Part shown: one piece after another, positions 51,257-61,300 of the stretch
How positions within the stretch are numbered: position 1 is the first letter of the stretch
Layout: every line of letters starts with the position of its first letter
From: an uncultured Dehalococcoidia bacterium
GTDB lineage: Bacteria > Chloroflexota > Dehalococcoidia > Lucifugimonadales > UBA3495
Direction: 5' to 3'
Assembly: GCA_951812625.1 (NCBI GenBank)
Contig: CATOSP010000002.1
Coordinates: 720,880-784,879 of the forward strand
DNA length: 64,000 nt
Made by a program: the position numbers and the translations under genes
Notes under the pieces: model-generated
The model's input: the letters and a program-made list of their open reading frames with translations, nothing else
Database searches by the model: none
Told to the model about the DNA's origin: nothing

Positions 51257-52099
51257 ATGAACTCATCCGGAAAACCAGTCGCCGTCGTGATCGGGGCGAC
51301 ATCGAAGTGGCAATCAGACGGCCGCAACACCCACTTGGTCCACGGCATGGCGCTCGACGACAGCAATCTGCCTGTAGGAGTGCGCTGGGGTGTCGGGGGA
51401 GCGATCTCTCAGAAGTTTGCGCAAGAGGGCTTCTTCACGGTGTTGACCACCCGCACAGCCGCCAATGCAACTCCGTTGGAGGCAGCCATCAGGGAACAGG
51501 GTGGCGACAGCATGATCGTCGAGCTGGACCTCTCGTCCCGAGACTCGATATCGGATGCCTTCGCTCAGATCAGGGAACAGGCCGGCGACCCAAACGTCCT
51601 GGTCTACAACGCGGGCTACCTGGAAGGGCGTGACCTTCCGCCGGAAAAAGAACTACTGGAGCACATTCCTTTCGAGATACTCGAGACCGCACAGCACATA
51701 TCCAGCAGCGGTCCCTTCCTGGTAGCGCAGGAAGTACTGCCCGCTATGCGGGAGCGGGGCGAGGGCACAATTCTGATTTCCAACAACTCGTCGTCTTTGC
51801 GGGGGAGAAAACGGTACACCGGGCAGTCTCTGTACTATCCGAGGGTGCTGATGCGCACGTTGGCGCAGGCACTGACCGAGGAATATTCCGAGTACGGGGT
51901 TCATGTAGCCAACGTGGTGATCGACGGCACCATTGATTCTCCAGGTACCCGTGCCCTCCCCCGTTCCCAACAGCAGCCTGAACTGCTGATTAATCCGGTT
52001 AAGATTGCAGAGGCTTTCTATTACCTGTACACACAGGACAAGTCCTGCTGGACCCATGAACTCCAGTTGACACCTTTTGCCAGCAGGCCGAGCTTCTGA
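51257..52099 (+). CDS. SDR-like Rossmann-fold oxidoreductase (atypical motifs)
   Basis: AGGGAG RBS. N-terminal VAVVIGATS...GGAISQKFAQEGF, the NAG motif (LVYNAGY), and a later SLYYPRV...GVHVANVVIDGTIDSP arrangement resembling short-chain dehydrogenases. The canonical YxxxK is not obvious. Confidence 0.6.
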   Translation: MNSSGKPVAVVIGATSKWQSDGRNTHLVHGMALDDSNLPVGVRWGVGGAISQKFAQEGFFTVLTTRTAANATPLEAAIREQGGDSMIVELDLSSRDSISDAFAQIREQAGDPNVLVYNAGYLEGRDLPPEKELLEHIPFEILETAQHISSSGPFLVAQEVLPAMRERGEGTILISNNSSSLRGRKRYTGQSLYYPRVLMRTLAQALTEEYSEYGVHVANVVIDGTIDSPGTRALPRSQQQPELLINPVKIAEAFYYLYTQDKSCWTHELQLTPFASRPSF

Positions 52100-52152
52100 G
52101 GCCCATTGCCCGGTGCGGGGAGTAACTTCAGCAGCACGGAAGGAGACTTTCG

Positions 52153-53217
52153 ATGGATGTCGGAATGATGATGATCTTTTCCAGCTACGGTTGGGAAGAC
52201 GGCTCGGACGGCCAGATGTGGGAGGAGGAGCTACGCTTGGCCGAAATCGCCGCTGACTCCGGGTTCGATTGCCTCTGGTCTGCGGAGCACCATTTTAACG
52301 ATTACTCCTTCGTGCCGGACAATCTCCAACTGATGACTCACATCGCGGCCAAGCACTCCGACATCGATGTGGGAACAGCCGCCGTGATCCTCCCATGGCA
52401 CAATCCGTTGCGGGTGGCGGAAAACGCTGCTGTTCTCGACTTGTTAAGCAATGGTCGGCTCCGGCTGGGGTTCGGGCGAGGTCTGGCGCGGCGCGAGTTC
52501 GAGACCTTTGGCATCAGCATGGACGAATCGCGTGAACGATTCGACGAAGCTGCGCCTATGATTGTCAATGCTCTGAGGACAGGCTTCATCGAGGGAAACG
52601 GGACCTACTACAAACAGGCCCGTACGGAGATCCGGCCACGACCTCAGCATTCCTTTGACGGGCGTATCTACGCGGTTGCTGCTAGCGACGAGTCTGTGCT
52701 CTCGGCGGCCAAGCTGGGTGCCCACATAGTCATGTTCGCCGACCGTCCATGGGAGATGCGGATGCCTGGCATCGAGCGCGGGCGGGCCCTGCACCGCGAA
52801 TTTCACGGTACCGAACCGCCGGCTCTGATGCTCACCGAGTTCGTGATTTGCGGAGCTGACATCACCCAGTGCGAAGAAGAGGCGCGCCAATACCAGGGCA
52901 AGTTTGTAGAGAGCAATTTCTACCACTACGAGTTCCTTGGCGATCACTTCCGGTCTGTGAAGGGCTACGATGCTTATCAGCAGAAAGCCGAGATCGCTCG
53001 CTCGGCAGGTCTCGAAGGTGCGGTTGAAGGTTTCATGAAGGCAGCCAGTTGGGGCACGCCGGACAAGATTCTACGGGGTCTTGAGGAACGCCGCGCCTTG
53101 CTCGGCGATTTCGAGTGGAATGTCGCTTTCCGCTTCGGCGGCACGCCCATGCATGTCGCGGAGCGCGGCCTCAAGCTCTTTGCCGAAGAAGTGCTGCCGG
53201 TACTGAAGTCTTGGTAG
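52153..53217 (+). CDS. LLM-class (luciferase-like) flavin-dependent oxidoreductase
   Basis: GGAAGGAG RBS. Family-typical N-terminal region FDCLWSAEHHFNDYSFVPDNLQLMTHIAAKHSDIDVGTAAVILPWHNPLRVAENAAVLDLLSNGRLRLGFGRG. Confidence 0.8.
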   Translation: MDVGMMMIFSSYGWEDGSDGQMWEEELRLAEIAADSGFDCLWSAEHHFNDYSFVPDNLQLMTHIAAKHSDIDVGTAAVILPWHNPLRVAENAAVLDLLSNGRLRLGFGRGLARREFETFGISMDESRERFDEAAPMIVNALRTGFIEGNGTYYKQARTEIRPRPQHSFDGRIYAVAASDESVLSAAKLGAHIVMFADRPWEMRMPGIERGRALHREFHGTEPPALMLTEFVICGADITQCEEEARQYQGKFVESNFYHYEFLGDHFRSVKGYDAYQQKAEIARSAGLEGAVEGFMKAASWGTPDKILRGLEERRALLGDFEWNVAFRFGGTPMHVAERGLKLFAEEVLPVLKSW

Positions 53218-53707
53218 CAATCGGCCTTGCCGGTACAGGTTGAGGTTTGTCAGTTGGTTCGCTGGTGCGGTTGCCGTAATCGGGCACGCCCATCATCCAC
53301 ATGGTTTCGGAAGACCGTGGAAATTCATTAAGCAAGGCTTCCCAGGTCTACCCGCCGCTCTGCATTCCGCGCTGACATCGCTCGCCAGATGTATTGGTCT
53401 TCTCTTGTCAACGCTGCGTGTAGTGTATGCACTTAATTGACGATACGGTTACCAAGAATGCTTCGGTTAAGTGGACCCCACCTGAATGATGAATAGGGAC
53501 AGATCATCGATTCCAGCAGGTAGATTGGTCGAATGAGTATTCATCATCGCCGACCGCCCCTACTTGGATGTCGAGGCTAGTATCATTCTGGATGGTGGTC
53601 CAGTCTGGGCCTCTGGGCAAGGCGCGGAAAACCGCCGGTCACATAAGGCCAAGGCCCAGTACCGGCGGCTTCATATTTCCCTCAGTTGCTTCGGTGTTCA
53701 GGTTGCC

Positions 53708-53908
53708 TTAAGCAGTCCCGACCAAGAGTCCATCCAACTTCAATTCCACTAACTCGGATATCCGGTCGATATTGTTCAGGCAGCGCCCACAGGCATCAGA
53801 GTCGTCGAACCCCCAAGTGTCCGTGAGGTCGTCTGGTGAACTGCCGCATCGCTTCGCTAGTTCGACGGCCTCGGATAATTTGACTTGCTTGCACAGGCAA
53901 ACGTACAC
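53708..53908 (-). CDS. Bfd-like [2Fe-2S]-binding domain protein (66 aa)
   Basis: GTG start with a GGAGG RBS ~9 nt upstream on the minus strand. MYVCLCKQV...ACGRCL matches the C-x-C ... C-x2-C pattern of bacterioferritin-associated ferredoxin-type domains. Confidence 0.6.
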   Translation of the reverse strand: MYVCLCKQVKLSEAVELAKRCGSSPDDLTDTWGFDDSDACGRCLNNIDRISELVELKLDGLLVGTA

Positions 53909-54224
53909 AGTGTTTACCTCCGCTCCTGTTGCGTTAACCCGAGAGATTTGGACGACTTTACACTAACCCTGTAGAGGTGTCAACCACCTACGCAGAATAT
54001 GTTTGTACTTATTGTCACAGAACATGTGCACTCCCTGAGCATCAGGAGTAGGACACTCGGCGGGGCTGTGCGGTAGCCCCGCGACAGGAAGCAATTGACG
54101 CGGCTACATCCGGCCAAGTACGATACGGGTATGACGAACAGAACATGCGTTTGCGTTCCGGAGTCAACCCTGTTGCCGAGTTGCAGGTAGCGTTGCACCT
54201 GGAACCTAATGAGACTGGAAACTT

Positions 54225-54773
54225 ATGACCACAACCTATGAATACTCCATGACAGGCAACGGCGATCTGATATGCACACGCACTCAGCCGGCCAACGAGC
54301 AGACTCGCGGCCTTCTTATTTATGATCAGGACGATGGTTATGGCGCATCCGGAATTACCCAGGACTGGGTGTTGCCAGCCAACGCAGTCGGTGGCTTCGG
54401 GTTCTTTAAGCTTTATCGAGGAGGCACGGAAACTTATCACCAAATCCTGGTCCCGGAAATCTTGAGCGCCATTGACTCGGATCAGCACGTGGAAGATCCT
54501 CCCCCTCTGGATGTTCGCCACCGTGCTTGGCCAGGCATGGACAAGCGGGAAATCGAACTGGAAATCCTCGCCCGTCGCCAGCGCGCCATCGAGGACGCAC
54601 TGAGACTCGGATGGGAGACGAAGGCCCGCGAGGAACTCGAGCGCCTGAGGCTGGGGCAGGAAGAGCGTTGGCGTGCCGAGGTGGAGGCCGCGATCGAACG
54701 GGAATACGGGCCGTTGGAAGCTCAGATCACGAAGGCTCTCGAAGCCGAGTTCGGCCCCGGCTTTCGATTGTAG
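54225..54773 (+). CDS. hypothetical protein with charged coiled-coil C-terminus
   Basis: 182-codon ORF whose C-terminal half is helical and charged (EIELEILARRQRAIEDALRLGWETKAREELERLRLGQEERWRAEVEAAIEREYG). I prefer it over the antisense ORF 54042..54818, whose composition is less protein-like. Confidence 0.45.
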   Translation: MTTTYEYSMTGNGDLICTRTQPANEQTRGLLIYDQDDGYGASGITQDWVLPANAVGGFGFFKLYRGGTETYHQILVPEILSAIDSDQHVEDPPPLDVRHRAWPGMDKREIELEILARRQRAIEDALRLGWETKAREELERLRLGQEERWRAEVEAAIEREYGPLEAQITKALEAEFGPGFRL

Positions 54774-54775
54774 GA

Positions 54776-55066
54776 ATGGCTGGCCCCACGGGAAACTCGG
54801 CCCCGTCTTATCTGTCAAATTTCCGAAGTTACTGGCGTGAACATCTGGTTCACCTGAACGTAGGCGGTTTGGCAGGTGTGCTCCTTCTCACAGGCGAACC
54901 GTGGGCCGGGGCAGTCATCATGGGGACTGTGTGGGTGAGACAGACCCTTGAGTTCAAGAAGCGGCGTGACACCCCAGGGATCGATTTGTCCTATCACCTC
55001 GCTGGACTTGTCGTTGGGGTGTGCGCCGTGACCTCCTTAAAGGTGTTGGGCCTGTTCCCATTGTAG
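54776..55066 (+). CDS. small membrane protein (96 aa)
   Basis: ATG lies 3 nt after the upstream stop. Helices VGGLAGVLLLTGEPWAGAVIMGTVWV and LAGLVVGVCAVTSLKVLGLF. Confidence 0.45.
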   Translation: MAGPTGNSAPSYLSNFRSYWREHLVHLNVGGLAGVLLLTGEPWAGAVIMGTVWVRQTLEFKKRRDTPGIDLSYHLAGLVVGVCAVTSLKVLGLFPL

Positions 55067-55264
55067 CCTGCTCTAGGGTCAGGAACCGGAGACCGGCAAT
55101 TGAGGTGCAGCATGTCGTAGGTATGTGGGATCTGGGTGTCTCAGGTGGCCGGGTGTGTCGTTTTCGTTAGCTGTGAGTTTGGAGTACACTGGCCGTCGAC
55201 ATTCTGCAAGTTAGCACGGGACACACGATCCCTCCCATCGTGCCGGGGAGACTGGAGCCTGACA

Positions 55265-58237
55265 ATGAAGCTGTTACCTTGCCGCGTTCCATTGCGATTT
55301 GCAGCTGCAATAGGATCTCTTGCTCTAGTGATTGGCCTGGCGGTAGTGGCCAATTCTGCCTACGCCCAAAGCGGGGGCCAGTGTGCTACCGGAGCGGCAG
55401 TAACGGAAGCAGTCAACAATCCGGGTCTGGTTTCAGACTGCGAAGTATTGCTGGCGGCCCAGGACAACCTCTCCGGTGGTGCCGGGTTGAACTGGTCGCT
55501 CGGCGTTCCCATTGACGAATGGGACGGCATCACCGTTAGTGAGGCTGCGGAGGACACCGTTGATGGCGAACCGCAGCGTGTCATTGAGCTAGAACTCGGT
55601 GCCAAAGGGCTGTCGGGAGAAATACCCCCGGAACTCTCCAACCTCGAAAACTTGCAATCGCTCGACCTGAGCAATAACGATTTCACTGGTTCGATCCCGG
55701 ACTGGCTCCCCACCCTTTCCATTCTGCGACAACTGGACCTGCGTGGTAACGACCTCTCAGGCGCAATCCCGGCTTGGATCGGAAGCATGACCCACTTGTC
55801 AGACCTCCACCTCGAAAATAACCGGTTGACAGGCGAGATCCCGTCTGAGATCGGCCACTTGGTCAACTTGCTGCACTTCCACCTGGACAACAACCAACTG
55901 ACCGGTCAGATACCCCCTGAACTGGGTAAGCTTCGGAGGCTTTTGGGGTTCGATTTCAGCGATAACAGGTTGACCGGCGAACTACCGCCGGAACTGGCCA
56001 ACCTGACCCGCCTGTACAGGATGGACCTTCGCAGAAACCAGTTGACCGGTCCTATTCCTTCCTGGGTCGGCGACCTCCGTGGGCTGCATGACCTGCACCT
56101 GGAGGATAACCTCTTTACCGGCACGATCCCCACTGAGATCGGTAACATACCTCACTTGACGGACTTCCATCTGGACAACAACCAGTTGACCGGCGAAATA
56201 CCAGGCGAAATAGGCAATCTGACTAGGCTGATAGGGTTCGACTTCAGCGATAACCAGTTGACCGGCGACATTCCGGCCGAGGTGCGGAATCTGACCCGGT
56301 TAGTCCGGGTGGACCTCAGTAGTAACCGGCTGACCGGCGGTATACCCGCACAACTGGGCGACCTTCCTAGGCTGCGTGATGTCCACCTGGACAACAACGA
56401 GCTGACCGGCCCAATTCCACCGTCCCTCGGCAACGCCGCCACTCTGCAACATCTGAAGCTTAACGGCAACAGGTTGACCGGAGAGATACCGCCGGACTTG
56501 GGCAAGCTGACCGGGCTGGTGGTCCTGCATCTCGAGGACAACCGACTGACCGGTGAGATACCGGCAGAACTGGCTAACCTCGCCGACCTGGAAGAACTAT
56601 ACCTGTCCGAGAACCGGTTGGCCGGTCAGGTCCCGTCGTCGCTTGGGGACTTGGGAAACCTCCTGCATCTCTACCTCGAGGATAATCTGCTGACCGGGGA
56701 GATACCGTCGGAGCTCGGCGGACTGACCAACCTTCAACACCTTTATCTCTCCAGGAACCAGCTAGGCGGCGAGATTCCACCGGAACTCGGCAGACTGACC
56801 AACCTGCAACACCTGTACATCGCGGGAAACCGGCTGACCGGGCGTATACCAACGCAACTGGGTCGCCTTACCAACCTGCAGCGCATACACCTTAACCACA
56901 ACCAGTTGACCGGATGGATACCGACGCAGCTAGGGAACCTGCTTAACCTGCGGGACCTGATTCTTTGGGACAACAGCCTGTCCGGAGAAATTCCGGTGGA
57001 ACTGGCCCGCCTCCGGGAGTTGCGTCGACTGCACCTTGACCAAAACCAGTTGTCTGGGCCCATACCACCACAGTTGGGTTACCTCTTCAACCTGCGAGAC
57101 CTGTATCTTTGGGACAACCAGTTGACCGGTCAGATACCTCCCGATCTGGGCAATCTTGCCGAGCTGCGATTCCTACACCTGGACCGTAACGAGTTGACAG
57201 GAACTATACCACCGCAACTCGAGAACCTGACTAGCCTGCTCGAACTGTACCTCTCCCGAAACGAACTCATCGGGTGCATTCCCCAAGGCTTGCGGGACAT
57301 CGGTATCAATGACTTGCACCGTGTCGGTCTGCCCTTCTGCGATGTAGTCTTGAGTTCACTGACCGTAACACCGGGATCGCTGAACCCTCCCTTCGATCCG
57401 TTTGAGACCGGCTACACCGTGGATGTGTACCAGCCGCGAATCACCGTGATCCCGACGAACGCTCACGGGGCTAGAATCGAGTTCCTAGACGCGGGCTATG
57501 GCCCGGTCTCGGACATCGACGACTCGCTGGACGGCCTACAGATTGACGTGATGGCCAACATCACAGTGATCAAGTTTGCCGTTACCTCCCAGGATGAAGA
57601 GGCGGCCCATGCATACGTCCTAGACGTCAGGCGACCGGACTTGAACACCGCCCCTGCGTTCTTCGACGGAGAGGGCAATGCGATCACGGATACCGAGAGG
57701 AGCGTGGCCGAGAACACTCCTGCTCGCCGGAGAATAGGCGAACCAGTCGCAGCCACCGATGCTGAAGACGACTCCCTGACCTATACCCTGAACGGTACGG
57801 ATGCCGAGGCCTTCAGCATCGTCCCGTCAACAGGCCAACTGGTTACGAAAGCGCCCCTCAACTATGAGACAAAGGCCGAATACACGGTTGAGGTCTCGGT
57901 GCAAGACCCTTTCGATATCGGCACGACAATCACGGTGACTATCCTGGTGACCGATGTGACCACCGGTAGCGCAGTGGGCGACCGGTATGACTTAGACGAG
58001 AACGGGGTTATCGACAGGGAAGAGGTTATCGCGGCCATAACCGACTACTTCGACGGCCTTCTGACCAGGGAAGAAGTCATAACCATTATCAGCCTGTACT
58101 TCTTGGGGGCATCTTCGAACAGTGACGCTACAGGCACAAATGATGCCGCCGCGGCCGCTGAGACCACCAAGGCGGACGGTGCCGATAAGACAGGAAAAAG
58201 GTCTGAGGACATAGTGGTCAAGCACCGGAAGCGGTGA
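55265..58237 (+). CDS. secreted plant-type leucine-rich-repeat protein (~23 LRRs) with cadherin-like modules and an EF-hand/dockerin-like C-terminal motif
   Basis: ATG 55265 follows GGAG, and there is a signal peptide (LRFAAAIGSLALVIGLAVVANSAYAQ). About 23 consecutive 24-aa repeats fit LxxLxxLxLxxNxLTGxIPxxLGx. These are followed by LSSLTVTPGSLNPPFDPFETGYTV (cadherin-like beta-sandwich type) and one cadherin repeat (VAENTPARRRIGEPVAATDAEDDSLTYTLNGTDAEAFSI). The protein ends with YDLDENGVIDREEVIAAITDYFDG. Confidence 0.9.
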   Translation: MKLLPCRVPLRFAAAIGSLALVIGLAVVANSAYAQSGGQCATGAAVTEAVNNPGLVSDCEVLLAAQDNLSGGAGLNWSLGVPIDEWDGITVSEAAEDTVDGEPQRVIELELGAKGLSGEIPPELSNLENLQSLDLSNNDFTGSIPDWLPTLSILRQLDLRGNDLSGAIPAWIGSMTHLSDLHLENNRLTGEIPSEIGHLVNLLHFHLDNNQLTGQIPPELGKLRRLLGFDFSDNRLTGELPPELANLTRLYRMDLRRNQLTGPIPSWVGDLRGLHDLHLEDNLFTGTIPTEIGNIPHLTDFHLDNNQLTGEIPGEIGNLTRLIGFDFSDNQLTGDIPAEVRNLTRLVRVDLSSNRLTGGIPAQLGDLPRLRDVHLDNNELTGPIPPSLGNAATLQHLKLNGNRLTGEIPPDLGKLTGLVVLHLEDNRLTGEIPAELANLADLEELYLSENRLAGQVPSSLGDLGNLLHLYLEDNLLTGEIPSELGGLTNLQHLYLSRNQLGGEIPPELGRLTNLQHLYIAGNRLTGRIPTQLGRLTNLQRIHLNHNQLTGWIPTQLGNLLNLRDLILWDNSLSGEIPVELARLRELRRLHLDQNQLSGPIPPQLGYLFNLRDLYLWDNQLTGQIPPDLGNLAELRFLHLDRNELTGTIPPQLENLTSLLELYLSRNELIGCIPQGLRDIGINDLHRVGLPFCDVVLSSLTVTPGSLNPPFDPFETGYTVDVYQPRITVIPTNAHGARIEFLDAGYGPVSDIDDSLDGLQIDVMANITVIKFAVTSQDEEAAHAYVLDVRRPDLNTAPAFFDGEGNAITDTERSVAENTPARRRIGEPVAATDAEDDSLTYTLNGTDAEAFSIVPSTGQLVTKAPLNYETKAEYTVEVSVQDPFDIGTTITVTILVTDVTTGSAVGDRYDLDENGVIDREEVIAAITDYFDGLLTREEVITIISLYFLGASSNSDATGTNDAAAAAETTKADGADKTGKRSEDIVVKHRKR

Positions 58238-58281
58238 TCAATCTCCCGGGTGGAAAAGTAAGCGCTTCAACACGACGTCAA

Positions 58282-58318
58282 GGCGGCCCTGGTCATTATC
58301 CTGATCGACCGGGCCGCC
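58282..58318. terminator. GC-rich hairpin between convergent genes (candidate bidirectional terminator)
   Basis: ggcggccctggtc-(12-nt loop)-gaccgggccgcc, a 12-bp stem with one bulged base, lying between the stops at 58237 (+) and 58392 (-). No clear U-tract. Confidence 0.35.
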
Positions 58319-58391
58319 ACTATTGAACGATGAGGTTGTCCAAGTTTACATCCAGAGCGGACGTCTATAACCAGGTTAACGGACTTCGAGA

Positions 58392-61300
58392 TTACGGTTC
58401 CACGGGTTGGGGCCACCGCCGCCGGTAGTCACCAAGGAGAAAGATCAGCAGCAGCGCGAGAGCTGCAAGGACCGCAGTGGCTACATAGTGGGGAATCCAC
58501 GTGCCCCGGTTCTCTGAAAGGAGTGGGGCCGGAGCTGTCGTGACAACCTCCGTTCCCTCGCTAGCCTCGGCCTCGGATGCCGGAGTTTGTGTCGGCTGTG
58601 GGTCAGACCCGTCGTCCAGGGACATCCCTTGTCCGAAAGCAGGTGTTGGGAAAGGAACCGACGCTGACACAACACTTGTGGCTTTGATGATGCACTTAGG
58701 CGTGCTCGCGCCGGACTTCGACCGAGATTCCTGCAAGTTAGCCACCTGCTGGCACGATTCCTCCTCTGGCGTCGGCTGCACAGAGACCACCGGGGACTGG
58801 CAGGACTCAGTGTCCGGGCTCGTCTGCTCAGTGGCAATCGGCAACGGGCACGCTTCCTCCTCCGGGGACGACGGGTCCTGGGGCGGTAGGTCCGGGACCA
58901 CCAGCAACTGGCATGATTCCATCCCCGGAAGCGGCAGGTCCGAAATCACTAGGAGCCGACACGGCATCCTCTCTGGAAGCGGCAGGTCCGGAAGCCACGA
59001 CCGCCAGGCGACATTGGTCGCTGTGATTCCTGTGTTCGTCTCCCTGACCTCGGTTATACTGGAGTCCTCAGTCGAGTCCGGTAACGTCATGGCGTAATCG
59101 CCGAAGTGGGTCATGGTTGATACGGCCCAAACGTTGCCGTCATTGTCGGTCTCGCAGCGGCGTTCCAGCACGTTCCAGGTCTCCCCATCCACGCGGTATA
59201 CCTTCGCGCCGCCGCTCTCGCATTCGGATTTCTGGTCTTCCGTCAGACGCATCCAAATCTCCGCGTCGGGAGAGTAATTCGTCGGCTGGGGATTCTCTCC
59301 GCTATCGCTGGGGCTGTCCACCTCCCCCGCCAGTACAACGCCTTCCTGGTCCGGAGGGGACGAACCGGGGTCATCGTCTTCCAGCCTCTCAACTTCAACA
59401 TCAATGATGCCGGAAGCAGAGTCAGGCTGTATGACCACCCGGATCATACCGTCGTCCGTCTCTATGATCGTGGGCAGATCGTCTGAGTCTTCGTCGGAAT
59501 CGTCACTCGTGACCGGCTCAGTCACAGTCAAGCTCACTGAGATCTCTTGGGGAGAGTTGCTGGCCGTACTGCCGCTGACCTCGATCGTTGCAGTATAGGA
59601 TCCAACTTCAAGACCGGATATGTCAGCTGAGACTCTGATCAGCTTCTTATTCGCGGGGCCGTTGGAAGCGCCCGAAACAGGGGACAGGGACAGCCAGTCC
59701 TCATCCCCGGACACTTCGAAGTCCATTCCACCAATTTCCCTGTTCCAGACTGCCATCCACAGGTCTGCAGGGTTCTCGCCGTCTTTGGCGGCCGAGAATG
59801 ACAGGGTCCCCGGACGCAACCCAAGCGCCGGAGTGTTTAGTGAAGGAAGCGGAACGGCCCCGCCGCCTCCACCGTAGAAACCACCACCACCACCTCCTGC
59901 GGCTTTATTGTCGACTACGGGAGTCTGCGGAACTAGCGGTGGGCCCACCCTGCTGTCGACTGAACTGCCGGTGCTCCCACTTCCAGGTTCCGACCAGGAA
60001 CCACTCCCTTCGTCGTTCGTGGCCTGGACCTGCACATCGTGTTCAGTGCTGGGGTTCAGCCCACTGATCTGCGCGCTCGTGCCGGTGACGCCCTGTGGTC
60101 CATTGGTCCATGATCCACTGGTCCCTTCCCGGTACTGCAAGTTGTAGCCGGTAATGTCCGGACCGGTGTTGGTAGGCGCACTCCAGGACACTGACAGGGT
60201 GTTATGGCCGTTGGTGGGTGCTGAGGTTACTGTAGGTGCATCGGGCTTGCCCGGCGGTTCGTTCACATCCGTAACCGTGATGGTAACAGTGATGGTGTCG
60301 GAAGCGCTTGCCGTGTCCGTCGCGGTCACCGTCACCGTGTAGGTGTCCTTGGCCTCAAAGTCCAGGGCAGCACCGGTCTGCAACTGTCCTGACGATGCAA
60401 CTATCCCGAAGGACGCAGCATCTGTTCCGCCCAGGGTATACGTGAGGCTGTCCCCGTTGTCCGGGTCATTCGCCGCAACCGGAGCGCCAATGTTCCGGCC
60501 CGATGGCGTGTTCTCCCCAACCTCCCTGGTCTGGTCGCCCTGTATGCCGGGAGTGTTAGGGTCCTGATCAGGGAACGCAGGGTCTGTGTTCACCGCCACG
60601 ATATTGACGGAGACCGCCTGAGCGCTCTTGCCTGAAGCGAACTTGTCAGTGTAGGACACTGTCGCCCGCAGGTAATTGCCCACATCGGCAGCAACCGGGG
60701 TATATGTGGCGGAGGTCGCGCTTATGGGCGTCCAGGTATTCTTATTCGAAGAACTCTCCCACACCCATGTGACACCTGTGACGGGAACATCAGGCTCATC
60801 AAGCGTGGCAGTAAACGGGGCTCCAACCCGAGGCCATTCAGAGGACAGAGTGACGACCCCTGCTTCGTCCAGGTCGTTTACAGAGATGGTAACCGTTATT
60901 GTGGCCGAGGCGTCTGATTGGTCCGTGGCAGTAACCGTCACCGTGTACGAATTCTTGGTCTCGTAGTCCAGGGCGGCTTTGGTCTGCAACTGGCCTGACG
61001 TTGTCACGAATGCAAACGAAGCGGCATCAGTCCCGCCCAGGGAGTAGGTCAACACGTCGGACGTGTCCTGGTCGGTGGCCGCCACCGGATCGCCTATGTC
61101 AACCCCCGCTGACGTGTTCTCATCCACCGTTCTTGTCTGTGCGGTCTGGACGCCGGGTGTGTTGGAGTCCTGGTCCGGGAACTCAGGCGTCCTGTTGGGT
61201 TGCTTCACCGCATTGGCCGAGACAGCGTTCGCGCTCTTGCCGGAACCGAGCCTGTCAGTATAGGCCGCCGTCGCCCGCAGGAACTTGTCCACGTCACCAG

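Noticed and set aside
54042-54818. 258-aa minus-strand ORF opposite the gene at 54225..54773.
   Set aside because: Its composition is less protein-like and it has no RBS, while the plus-strand frame gives a coherent coiled-coil protein. Confidence in either is only moderate.
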